Made by a program: the position numbers and the translations under genes. A stretch of 64,000 nucleotides of DNA, taken from assembly GCA_041665345.1 (NCBI GenBank), contig JBAYJA010000004.1, positions 48,122 to 112,121 of the forward strand. The letters are read 5' to 3'. Every line of letters starts with the position of its first letter. The stretch's first letter is position 1. This document shows, piece by piece, positions 1-9,600 of this stretch. Origin of the DNA: Patescibacteria group bacterium. GTDB lineage: Bacteria; Patescibacteriota; Patescibacteriia; PEXW01. The notes under the pieces are model-generated. The model ran no database searches and was not told where the DNA came from. It worked only from the letters and a program-made list of their open reading frames with translations.

Positions 1-610
1 TGATCTCCGCATCTGCCTTGGCATACCAGCTGCTCTGCTTGGGGTGGCTGGGTGACGAAATGACGGGTGATTGTGGGGAGGCAACTGGCTCAGGCTCTGG
101 TTCGATTGGCGTGACGGCTACGGCTTTGGCAATAGCAATGGTTCCTGAACCATACCCCGTAAGCACGTTTGTCCCTTCCCCATCATTAGCCAGCACAAGC
201 CCAGAGGTGAAGCGTAACGCTGCAGTACCAACGGCTTTGGCTCGGAAGGTGACGCTGATAATACCGCCACTACTCCCAGAATATCCTGGGCTCGGTACCC
301 CGCCAGCAAAGCTCACTGTGCCGTTGGAGTTGGAGTAGGTGGGTTCCACTGTCCAGTACTTGAAGGTGCTGGCTTTTGCCACGCTGGTTACCTGCAGTTT
401 ATCTGCGGGGAAACTGAGCGTGCCTTGGCTAGCGTTAATTGCTACGCCGCCACTGTTCACGTACAGCGTGACGGTTTTGGTTGCCCCAACAGTCATGCTG
501 GACGTACTTGGGGACACGCCCAAAGTTGCGCCAGCGTGCGCACCCTGCGGCAGCCCGAAGCCAAAGCACAGAACCGTCACTGCAATGCTGGCGAAAAAGC
601 GTTTGTGCAT
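1..610 (-). CDS. Cohesin-like domain surface protein, paralog 1 (partial: N-terminus at 610, runs off window)
   Basis: ATG at 610-608 on the minus strand is not in the ORF track because the ORF leaves the window. My translation MHKRFFASIAVTVLCFGFGLPQGAHA... has a signal peptide. The rest aligns with the N-terminal domains of 615..2117 and 2148..3266: TLYVNSGGVAINASQGTLSFPADKLQV...YSNSNGTVSFAGGVPSPG, then SSPSHPKQSSWY. Confidence 0.55.
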   Translation of the reverse strand, partial: MHKRFFASIAVTVLCFGFGLPQGAHAGATLGVSPSTSSMTVGATKTVTLYVNSGGVAINASQGTLSFPADKLQVTSVAKASTFKYWTVEPTYSNSNGTVSFAGGVPSPGYSGSSGGIISVTFRAKAVGTAALRFTSGLVLANDGEGTNVLTGYGSGTIAIAKAVAVTPIEPEPEPVASPQSPVISSPSHPKQSSWYAKADAEI

Positions 611-614
611 ATAC

Positions 615-2117
615 CTACTGCTGCCCAGTTGGTGGACTTGTCCGTCCAAAGTCGTCATTCGACGACGCAGGCGGATGGAGAAAATCAGCTGGTTGCTCAG
701 GGGTTTGCGGAGGTTGCTGCGCTGATGCAGTCCCAACTCTGGATTGCAGGCTCCGCTGCAACTCCTGGGCCTCTTGTTGATGAGAAAACTGCTGCTCAAT
801 GGACGCCTCCAGAGAGTGCGCCGCCTGAATGGTACGGACCAATTCTGATTCCTTGCGTAACGTCTCCTGTTCCAATTTATGGATATCATGGATCACGTCA
901 CCTGCCCGCCGGCGCCAGCGAATGACCAGCCAGGTTGCAAGAACCAGCACCAGGAGCCCGGCAATAATAAGTGCTACGTTGGTGAAGAGGGTATTCTGCA
1001 GCAAAGGTGTGCGACCAATAATGGATCCGCTCTGCGCAGCCGCAACTGTGAAATCCAACTTCCCATCCGTGGAATTTCCCGCTTGGTCAAACGCCCGCAC
1101 CAACACTTGGTACCGACCGGCAGTCAGCTCTGGGAGACGAACTGGGCTCACCACTTCGGTGAAGAATGGGGTTGCTTGGTTTGGATCATCCAAGGCCAGG
1201 AGCTGCATTTCGTAGTGATCAATGCCAGACATGGCATCGGTGGTCAGGAACTTCAGCTCGGGTCGCTTGCCTGGTTCTGGCGTGGGGGGGTCAACCGTGG
1301 GGGTAAAGGCAGCTGGCGGCGTCCCATCAATGAGCACAGCACCGTGGCTGGTGCCGCCCCAGCTGGTTACTTTTGCGCGCAGGTGGAAGTACCACCGACC
1401 ATCTCGGTCAGCGGTGACCGAGGTGCTGCGTGCGGGCGTGGCATCTTGGCGTTCGGGTGGCGTGGTACGCGGGTTTTGATCAAAGACGTAACTGTACCCC
1501 ACGGCATTTGGGACTTCATCCCAGTTGTACTCCACGGTTCGGTTTTGGTACCACGTATTCTGGTCGGGGTGGGAAGGCGAGGAAAGCACTGGGCCTTCTG
1601 GTGCAGCCAAGTTCAGCGTAAAATTTGCATCCCCACGAGAGTTAAGAATATTCGTGCCTTGGCCATCATTCGCCAGCACTTGCGAAGCGCTGGTGAAAAC
1701 GAGCTTGGCCGTCCCAGGTGCAGTCACCCGGAAGGTAATGGTACTCATTACCCCGGCATCAGTTTTGATGCCCGGATTTGGCAAACCACCTTGGAAGGAA
1801 ATTGTGCCCGCGGTGTTGGAGTAGGTTGGCTGGCTTACCCAAATGGAAACGAAGGACGTGCCGGCTGATGGGTTCACCACTTGCAAGCGCGAGGCCGGAA
1901 AGGTAATGTCCGCCCGCACCGCATTTACGGATTTTCCACCCGTGTTCACCAAAACGGAGACGTTGAAGGTGCTCCCAACGGTAAATGCGCCGGTTGCGGG
2001 TGAGAAAAGCAAACTCGCCCCATCTGCGGCGTGCATGGAGTTTGGAAGAAAGTACAGCGTCAGGGCGAAGAACGCAATGATACTCGCTTTACGGATTGTG
2101 CTTTTTCGTACCTCCAT
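615..2117 (-). CDS. Cohesin-like domain surface protein, paralog 2 (signal peptide, cohesin-like beta domain, SPSHP-WY module, C-terminal TM helix plus cytoplasmic coiled-coil tail)
   Basis: 500-aa ORF with ATG start. N-terminal signal peptide MEVRKSTIRKASIIAFFALTLYFLPNSMHA. Cohesin-like signature SVLVNTGGKSVNAVRADITFPASRLQVV...GTISFQGGLPNPG...ITFRVTAPGTAKLVF. TM helix LFTNVALIIAGLLVLVLATWLVI followed by RRRAG. Confidence 0.6.
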   Translation of the reverse strand: MEVRKSTIRKASIIAFFALTLYFLPNSMHAADGASLLFSPATGAFTVGSTFNVSVLVNTGGKSVNAVRADITFPASRLQVVNPSAGTSFVSIWVSQPTYSNTAGTISFQGGLPNPGIKTDAGVMSTITFRVTAPGTAKLVFTSASQVLANDGQGTNILNSRGDANFTLNLAAPEGPVLSSPSHPDQNTWYQNRTVEYNWDEVPNAVGYSYVFDQNPRTTPPERQDATPARSTSVTADRDGRWYFHLRAKVTSWGGTSHGAVLIDGTPPAAFTPTVDPPTPEPGKRPELKFLTTDAMSGIDHYEMQLLALDDPNQATPFFTEVVSPVRLPELTAGRYQVLVRAFDQAGNSTDGKLDFTVAAAQSGSIIGRTPLLQNTLFTNVALIIAGLLVLVLATWLVIRWRRRAGDVIHDIHKLEQETLRKESELVRTIQAAHSLEASIEQQFSHQQEAQELQRSLQSRVGTASAQQPPQTPEQPADFLHPPASSNDDFGRTSPPTGQQ

Positions 2118-2147
2118 ACCCAGTAGTATAGCGCGTCTGCTCCAGTT

Positions 2148-3266
2148 TTACCGCTTCTTCCTTTGCACCCACCAGGCTGCTCCAAGAAGAGTGAGGGCAA
2201 TGACTGCGCCACCGCCAATCCACACCCACTGCGGCACGCCAGCTGCGGAAGCAGCAGGAATGAACGCCACCCGCACGTTCCCAGCTTGATCGTACGCACG
2301 GACGGTCAGTGTAAACCGTTGATGGACATCGCTCACCTGGTAGGGGCTTGCTGCTGGTTGAAATGCTCCATCCCCTTCCTGCACTTCGTATCGCTCTATC
2401 CCAGATGTACGATCCTCAGCTTGGAAAACCAAAGCGAGTTTGCCTGGAATGACGTCTCGCCTCAACTGCGGGGTAAAGGGCTCTGGCTGAGTGGTGTCAA
2501 TGAGTACCCGCCGCCGAACCAATGCACCCCACGTATCATTAGGTAGCTTTTCTTGGATGGTAAAGTAGTACGCACCGTCTGCCTGACTGGGAAATGTAGT
2601 CTCACCTACGAACCGGGCTTGCTGCACATCGGGCACTGCGTTGCGGTCGGTGGTGAGCAGAAACGCGTACGGTGTCTCCTTGGCCGCTTGCCACTGCATG
2701 CGCACGGTGCTGATGGCATACCACTGATGCTCATTGGGATGCGATGGTGAAGTAATGCCCAGGGTATCTGCAGTCACGACAACATCGACGTAGAGCGAGC
2801 GCAAACGGAGGGCAGCTTTCGTTCCCAGACCGTCATTCAGGTACACCCCAGCTGTTCCGCCATCAATGCTTAGTTGGGTAGTGCCAAGTTTCTTGGCCCG
2901 GAAAATGACCTGCAGTACCCGGCCGTCAATAACGTAACTCCCATTCGGAATCCCACCGGCAAAGGTAATCACTCCGGTTGCTGGATCGCTCTTTGGCTCT
3001 TCTGGCCAGAGCGAAAGCACAGAACCAGCTTTCTCCAGGCCAACTATTTCCAGAGCATGAGGATCGTACGTCAACCGCGCCTGCACAGCATTGATCACCT
3101 CTCTTTCGCTATCAACGCGCACTTCAACAATGAAGGTTTGGTCTTGCCCAACCTGCGGATTAGCGGTTTGAACAGTCAGAGTTGCTGCATGTGCAAGATT
3201 GGGCACACTGCACAGCAGGACCGCGCTCCAGAGCACAACGCCAATTCGCATGATATGTGTGCGCAT
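2148..3266 (-). CDS. Cohesin-like domain surface protein, paralog 3 (signal peptide, cohesin-like domain, C-terminal TM anchor)
   Basis: 372 aa. Signal peptide ending LAHA. Segment TFIVEVRVDSEREVINAVQARLTYDPHALEIVGLEKAGSVLSLWPEEP...GVITFAGGIPNGSYVIDGRVLQVIFRAKKLGTTQLSIDG matches the cohesin pattern. C-terminal VWIGGGAVIALTLLGAAWWVQRKKR is a TM helix. Confidence 0.6.
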   Translation of the reverse strand: MRTHIMRIGVVLWSAVLLCSVPNLAHAATLTVQTANPQVGQDQTFIVEVRVDSEREVINAVQARLTYDPHALEIVGLEKAGSVLSLWPEEPKSDPATGVITFAGGIPNGSYVIDGRVLQVIFRAKKLGTTQLSIDGGTAGVYLNDGLGTKAALRLRSLYVDVVVTADTLGITSPSHPNEHQWYAISTVRMQWQAAKETPYAFLLTTDRNAVPDVQQARFVGETTFPSQADGAYYFTIQEKLPNDTWGALVRRRVLIDTTQPEPFTPQLRRDVIPGKLALVFQAEDRTSGIERYEVQEGDGAFQPAASPYQVSDVHQRFTLTVRAYDQAGNVRVAFIPAASAAGVPQWVWIGGGAVIALTLLGAAWWVQRKKR

Positions 3267-3268
3267 AG

Positions 3269-4129
3269 CTATTTCGTTCCCGTCCAGAAGTAGAGCATGA
3301 CGCTGAAGTCAATGATGTTCACCGTGCCATCCTGGTTAATATCTGCCCTGGCATTTGCTGGATTCCGCTTATTCCAGTAGAACAGCAAAATACTGAAGTC
3401 TACCAAGTCCACTTTCCCATCACAGTTAATATCCCCTTTCGTCTTACCCGCGCAGAGTTCCGTAGTCGCTACCTGGAAAGCCACGGAGCGGCTGAATTCG
3501 GAAACTGACCCGTCTGGATCAGTGGCTTTGGACCGGACACTGTGCGAACCAATCTGCAAATCAGAAGCTTGGAACTGCTTTGACCAAGCACCTGCGGTTG
3601 AAGCTGATACCTGCGAGGAAGTTTCGGTTTCTGAACTCACGTAAATCTGCACCGTGCTGCTGGGGCTCGTTGTTCCAAAAACCGTGATGGTATCTCCCAA
3701 GCGCACTTCGGTTTTATCCGCGGCAATGGTGGGTCCCAAGAATATCCCGGTAATGGTCACGGAAGTTCCGGTTGCCAAGGTCAAAGTAAAATTCGAGGTT
3801 GGTCCGTCTCGGCCATCTTGGTCCACGCTGAAGACCCCAAATGTGTACGTTCCTGCGGTTAACCCACCAATGGTCACGTCAAAGCGTGCTTGCGGGTCAG
3901 CGGGCACTTGCACTGCAGTAACCCCATTTTGCAAAATCGTCACCGTCGACCCTGGGTAGGCAATACCTTTGAGGATGACAGACGTTGCCGTTGGTTCCGG
4001 TGGTGCAATACTGGGCACAGTTGCTGAAACGGAAACCGTAATGTCAGCATTGGCTGGCAGGACAAGCAAAGGAAAAACAAGAATCATCACTAGGAGTGAT
4101 CGGCCAAGAGTTCGCACCACAGGGCGCAT
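3269..4129 (-). CDS. Secreted Ig-like repeat protein with C-terminal dockerin module
   Basis: Start trimmed to ATG 4129 (MRPVVRTLGRSLLVMILVFPLLVLPANA, signal peptide); 4195 is an upstream in-frame ATG that would overlap the preceding gene. The C-terminus has two dockerin-type Ca-binding repeats: GDINCDGKVDLVDFSILLFYW and ADINQDGTVNIIDFSVMLYFW. Confidence 0.6.
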   Translation of the reverse strand: MRPVVRTLGRSLLVMILVFPLLVLPANADITVSVSATVPSIAPPEPTATSVILKGIAYPGSTVTILQNGVTAVQVPADPQARFDVTIGGLTAGTYTFGVFSVDQDGRDGPTSNFTLTLATGTSVTITGIFLGPTIAADKTEVRLGDTITVFGTTSPSSTVQIYVSSETETSSQVSASTAGAWSKQFQASDLQIGSHSVRSKATDPDGSVSEFSRSVAFQVATTELCAGKTKGDINCDGKVDLVDFSILLFYWNKRNPANARADINQDGTVNIIDFSVMLYFWTGTK

Positions 4130-4142
4130 GTATTCGTTCTGC

Positions 4143-5207
4143 TTATTCTCCCGTCGGCGGCGTCTTGGTTGACGCGCGTCGGCGAATCCAAGCATTGTAC
4201 TTCAGGATTGCAAAAATCAGCAGGAAGAGCACGACCAGCAACCCAACTCCGTACACCACCAAGACATGCCAAGGGAGTACCCAGAAGCTTATTGCAGCTG
4301 AGCTTTGCACACCCGCCGCGGGCACTGTGGTTGCCAGTTCTGACGTGGCTTGCCCCGTTCCAACAGACAGCGTTGCGGTGTACTTCCCAAGGGCAAAGTT
4401 CTTCCGTTCATTACGGAATGCAGTCCAGAAGCGGTTCCATCCATTGCCGTACAGATCTTCGTTCTGTCCGGTTTGCCAGGTCGTCTTGTACGTTCGGGAG
4501 GATTTGGGCAACGTTGCGCCTTTGGGTTCGTTGAAAGCCAAAAGGGCGGACTGCTTCTTCAAAGTGTTGGTGATGGTTACATTCCCTACTGGCTTGAGGT
4601 GAATATTCCCCGTATTCTGGTACACCGTGGTGAATTCAATTGGTAACTGAGTGAATGTATCCTTGGCAACAGAAAAGCTGGTAATTACCGCGCTCTCCTG
4701 CACATCACCCTCAACTTTAACGAATAGGAGGGTGCCAATCCCCTGCGCAACAGCCACTTGGGGCTTCGCGTTGCCTTCCGCGGTTGGCGGCGTGGTGGAA
4801 AAAGCAACCACACCGTAGTGACCACCCGGCCCAGCATTCGCGGGGACATCAACGGTTACCAAGACTGCTTGGCGACCCTGAGGTTCCAGGACGATTGGCG
4901 CGGGATCCAGTTTCACCCAGGTAGCAATGTCTTCCTTCGGTGCTGCAAAGTCATACACCGGTATTCCAGCTTCGGGACCTGAAGTAAACGTGGTGGTGTT
5001 GATGTACAGCACCTGCTTTTGGTCAGTTTCATTGTAGAGTTTCACCACAAAGTCAGCCTGATTCCCAGGCTGGGCGGTGAACTCAATGGAAGGCGGGCTA
5101 ATCGTCAACGCTTGGGCTGTAGTGATGCTCGTAAGCACACCAACAAAACCAAGGGTAACAACCAGGAAACCTCGAACCAAAAATGAAATTTTCTTTGCTC
5201 TTTCCAT
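4143..5207 (-). CDS. Secreted protein with C-terminal membrane anchor (CscA/DUF916-like or PapD-like surface-complex component; inference)
   Basis: 354 aa with a signal peptide. N-terminal beta domain ISPPSIEFTAQPGNQADFVVKLYNETDQKQVLYI. C-terminal hydrophobic helix LVVYGVGLLVVLFLLIFAIL followed by KYNAWIRRR. Confidence 0.5.
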   Translation of the reverse strand: MERAKKISFLVRGFLVVTLGFVGVLTSITTAQALTISPPSIEFTAQPGNQADFVVKLYNETDQKQVLYINTTTFTSGPEAGIPVYDFAAPKEDIATWVKLDPAPIVLEPQGRQAVLVTVDVPANAGPGGHYGVVAFSTTPPTAEGNAKPQVAVAQGIGTLLFVKVEGDVQESAVITSFSVAKDTFTQLPIEFTTVYQNTGNIHLKPVGNVTITNTLKKQSALLAFNEPKGATLPKSSRTYKTTWQTGQNEDLYGNGWNRFWTAFRNERKNFALGKYTATLSVGTGQATSELATTVPAAGVQSSAAISFWVLPWHVLVVYGVGLLVVLFLLIFAILKYNAWIRRRASTKTPPTGE

Positions 5208-5339
5208 GCGTTTATTTAGTCAAAAACTGCCCTCATAGTATACCACTTTTCCTGCCCACTCACTACTCCATCATACAACTCGCCTGAAGCGTCAATAATC
5301 GAGGCTTCAGGCGAAGAGCGGTAAACGTCGAAAAGTCAG

Positions 5340-6431
5340 TTAGAAAGTGCCGGTTGCGATATAGGTAATCGCTGTGGAGTAGCTGCCGGCTTCTGTGGCC
5401 GCCGAAATATTCGCAATGTAGTGCGCGTCGATGGTCGCAGCTGCTGTAGGTCCGGCAATGGACAGGATAGCCGTGGTAGTGCCAGCAACGAACTTGAAGT
5501 TATTCGCGGACTCATCGTAGGCTGCGGTATCAGCAAAGGTGAAGGTAGCAGCGTTATCGTCAAAGCCTATTGCAAACTGCTCGGAGCCTGGGGTGCCATC
5601 CGCATCACCAGCAATGGTTGCTACGGAAATTGTGTCGCCACCGCTCGTCAGTGTGGCACCGGTGTACGTCAGGGCAACACCGTCTGTGGCATTTGTCCCT
5701 AATTGGAAGGTATGCGCAGCCTCTGGTGTAGTATCGCAGGCCGCAGGTGGTGTACCATTCGCCCAACACTCTTGCGTGGCATCCAAAACCCCAAACCCAA
5801 TGGCCACGTCCGAAATGGAGAAGGTGACGGATGGGTCAACCGTGGCGGTAACATTCACTGTATCATCATCCAGAATGGCAACTGCAAAAGAACCGCTGTC
5901 TGACGTGGTGGTGATGTCAATTTTGTAGACCGCTGCTGAGCTGGGATTGGTAATCTCGTTATTGTCGATGGTAAAGGCGATAGCACCAGCAGGAACCGTA
6001 TCGCCAGTGCAGACAGTTAACGTGTAACTTTCTCCTGGGGCACTCGCGTCAACGGATGGGTACACCTCATCTGTTGCACCAGCACATGCACCAATGTTTG
6101 CAACAATGGTCAAACCCGAAGCAGCCGAAAAATCCGTACTTGCAATAGTACCATCGAGAGTAAAGGAATCAGCCGCTGTGTCGAATGCGATAGTAATTGT
6201 CTGCGTGGCAGTGAGGTTCGTTGCGGTAGTAAAGGAAAAAGCATGCGTCCCAGCTACACTCTTCTCCAAACGGGACATGGTGTCCTTCATCCCGGTCAGT
6301 GCAGCTGCACCCACTGGCTGAATTGGCATAAAAAACCCAAGTACCCCAAGCACCGTAAAGAGCACAACGACGGTTCGGGTCGTGCCACGTTTCATGCCAC
6401 GTTTCATAAGTAGCTTGATGGGATTTTTCAT
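5340..6431 (-). CDS. Secreted protein carrying the conserved C-terminal beta domain shared with the giant protein (SCPU-like / WxL-like; inference)
   Basis: 363 aa with a signal peptide. The last roughly 165 aa (TFSISDVAIGFGVL...CWANG...GVALTYTGATLTSG...IAGDADGTPGSEQFAIGF...EAGSYSTAITYIATGTF) align with the C-terminus of the 6656..17620 protein. Confidence 0.6.
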   Translation of the reverse strand: MKNPIKLLMKRGMKRGTTRTVVVLFTVLGVLGFFMPIQPVGAAALTGMKDTMSRLEKSVAGTHAFSFTTATNLTATQTITIAFDTAADSFTLDGTIASTDFSAASGLTIVANIGACAGATDEVYPSVDASAPGESYTLTVCTGDTVPAGAIAFTIDNNEITNPSSAAVYKIDITTTSDSGSFAVAILDDDTVNVTATVDPSVTFSISDVAIGFGVLDATQECWANGTPPAACDTTPEAAHTFQLGTNATDGVALTYTGATLTSGGDTISVATIAGDADGTPGSEQFAIGFDDNAATFTFADTAAYDESANNFKFVAGTTTAILSIAGPTAAATIDAHYIANISAATEAGSYSTAITYIATGTF

Positions 6432-6517
6432 AAAAATTTGCCTAAGGTAAAGACTTTTTATTTTTAACTATCTACAGTATAACACAGTTTCTTGAAAAAA
6501 GCAAATCCTACCCTTTT

Positions 6518-6646
6518 GTCATTCTGTGAGACGGAGTAGAGACTGTAGTCTCTCTGCAGATACAGACCAGAGGCTTCCGCCATAGGCGGATCTGCTGAGA
6601 AGTCTCTACTCCGATATATCATCATTCACGTAAGTCGAAGAATGAC
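6518..6646. repeat. MITE-like palindromic element with about 9-bp terminal inverted repeats GTCATTCTG / CAGAATGAC; contains the GGAGTAGAGACT...AGTCTCTACTCC hairpin
   Basis: Ends gtcattctg (6518-6526) and agaatgac (6639-6646). Internal 12-nt arms ggagtagagact (6534-6545) and agtctctactcc (6601-6612). Related element at 50506..50623. Confidence 0.4.
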
Positions 6647-6655
6647 AGCATATTC

Positions 6656-9600
6656 CTAGAACGTCGTCGTTGCAATGTACGTGACATTTGTACTGTATGC
6701 ACCCGCCGTCGTAGCACTGGAAATGTTACAGATGTAGTAAACACTAGCCGTCTCGATTACCGTAGACCCAGCTTCAGACATCAACGTGGTTGCAGTGCTG
6801 GGAACGAACGAATAATTGTCACTTGCTTTCTGGTACGCAGAGGGAATGGTTGCATTGCCATCTGTGGTTATTGATAAAGCAAATTGTTCACTACTTGGTG
6901 TGCCATCTGCATCTCCTGTAAAGGTTGCGGCAGTAATATCCTCGGGCCCTGACAGGGTAGACCCAAAGTAAGTTAATGCATACCCGCTCCGAGCATTGGT
7001 GGTCACGGCTAATGTATGTGCGGACACGGCACTGGCAGAGCCGGTTGCCGCCCCATTTGCCCAACGGGCTGCTGCAGAGGAAAGTGTCCCAAAGCCCACC
7101 GCGGTATCAGAAATGCTGAAAGTCAAAGTATTAATATTCCAGCATGGGTTGTTGGTCGAATCGTAGTTTGTACCGTCTGTGGCATCAATGTCATCCCCTG
7201 GGCAGGCATTGGAATCACGTACATCCGTATTGGAGACGGTTTGCGTTCCCAGGCTATTGAGGTCCCACAGGGTTCCTGTGGTTGACGAACGCAAGAACAC
7301 GCGTGTGCCAGTTGCTTGGCCGTTGAAGGCAATATTGTTGAATGTATACGTACCGCCGGCCAGGAAGCGCAGCTTCGTATTTGCTGTCTGCGCTGTGAAC
7401 GTTGCTGCAGTTTCTGCCGCAGCCGCAAAAATGACAGAGGGCGAAGTGACCGGATCCGCACCGGAGCTATTGGTAATAGTGAGGTTATTGAACCGATCAC
7501 TTGCACCAGTCAATTGCCCATCAACCGTTTGCTGAGCGGCGCCATCCAGGGTCACTGTCCCGGTGTTGTCCGTGAAATCACCATTGTTCGTCCAGTTCCC
7601 CGCAACCGTGAAACTTGCGGTTGATGATCCATTCAGCAGGCCTTTTGAGGTAATTGTTACTGCACCATTGGCATCAAGAATCCGATCATTGGTTTCATTA
7701 TCTAGCGTCGTCACATTCGAATCACTCGCGTTCCCAATCGTGAGCGTTCCCGAAACAATAACCTGCCCGGTTCCACCCGTAGCAAACGTAACCGTACGGT
7801 CTGTGGCGCCTGAGGTTTCAAAGGAAAGATTATTGAACGTCCAGTTATTTGCATTTGCTGTGCTGCCAAAATTTTTAGCAGCCGCAACCCGATGCAAAAA
7901 TGTGCCACCTGACCGGGTTACGGTTCCACCCCCAGCCAATGTGCCATACATGGTGATATCTGTTGCGCCCAGCAAGCTCCCGGCGGTCACCGTCAGATCA
8001 TTCCCCACAGTCATGGCGGTATTCGTGGTCCACTCCCCACCGCTGCCGTTGAATACGAGGTCGTAAAAGTCGTCAAGATCGCCCATTGTACCACCAATGG
8101 TATTTCCAGTATCGGTCGCGGTAAAGGTGACTGTCGCCGATCGGGCCGTAAAAGAATCGTTATTTGTCCAGTTATTGCCAACCGAGATGCTGTTACTCTC
8201 ACCAGTTTTCGTATCCAGAACCCCGCCGGTGATCGTAATGTTATTCGTAACAACCAGCGGGTCCTCCACTTCAACGGTGAGGGTGTACGTCCCACCACCG
8301 TCATTCACAATGACGTTGTAGGGGTTTCCAGTGCCAACGGTAATAAGGTCTGTGGTGGCATTTGCAACGACCGTACTTGCAAGCGTCATAGTCAACGTGG
8401 ACTGATCAGGCGTGAAGGTTCCACCAGTCTGTAGGTCGAATTTCCCATCCGTATCCATGAACGTTTCATCAGTTTCCACATCATCGGTAGCGTCCAACGT
8501 CCCAACGATGGTTATGCCGCCCGTGCCAATATCCAGGTCGTAACCATTCGTATTGAAGATATCACCCGTCGGGATGGTTACTGACTTTGCAGTAAAGTCA
8601 GAACCCAAGTCCGTCGTACCAGGCGACAACCCAACCTGCACATTGCCCATATCCTGTTTCGGTGAGGTGTTATCCGTGAAGGTCATCGGTGTAGGATTCC
8701 CATCCATGATTAGAATGCCAGAACCTGTAGCTGCAGTGAAAGTCGTTCCCGTTGCAATGGTGAAATTACCGTAAACTGTAAGGTTGGCATTTGCCGCCTG
8801 CGTAAAGCCTCCCCCCGTGATGTCGAACGTCTTATTCACCAACACTGCGTCTGCGGTGGCAACGCTTCCACCAGACACTTCAAACTTCTGCAGTTCGTTT
8901 CCCGCAGCGGTGAGCGTCTTGGACGTGCCGTTCATCTTCAGGGTATTGTCAGTGGACGCCGTGTACGTCCCCCCAGTGAAATCCACGTTCCCACTGACGG
9001 TCCACACCCCCGTGCCCGAGGTAATCACTTCGCTTCCACCTCCAGTACCGGTGAAGTCAACATCCCCACCCACCGTGACCGTCGGGTTATTCGAGGCGCC
9101 AATCAGTGTGGCATCTCCTACACCATCGGTAATCACGTAAAGGTGTGAACTTGCGCCGGAAAGGGTGAACGACCCAGTGGGGAAAGTGAAGGTTTTTGCC
9201 GTGCCACTATTGGTGAACAGCTCTACCCGTCCACCATACGTCCGCGCGTCCAGAGTCGTGGACGCAATGTTCGCTGACGAACCATCGTAACGGACAATAC
9301 TACTGAGGGTTCCGCCCGTCCCTGGACCGGATGAAGCGTCGGTGAACCGCAAGGTTCCATCCCCGCTTATGGTTCCCGTGGTATTAAGCGTCAGCGTTCC
9401 AGGCGCATTCACAATTCGACCGCTACCAATAGATAGAGTGTCGCCATCTGCCACATCGAGCGCGCCAGACACCGTGAGATCCGACGTGCTCACTGTTATT
9501 GTCCCTGTGGAAGCAGGATTAATAGTAAGGTTGTTGAAGGTGGTTGCCGTGGATCCAGTTAAACTGTTCGACGTACCGGTCATGGTTATGGTGGATGTGC

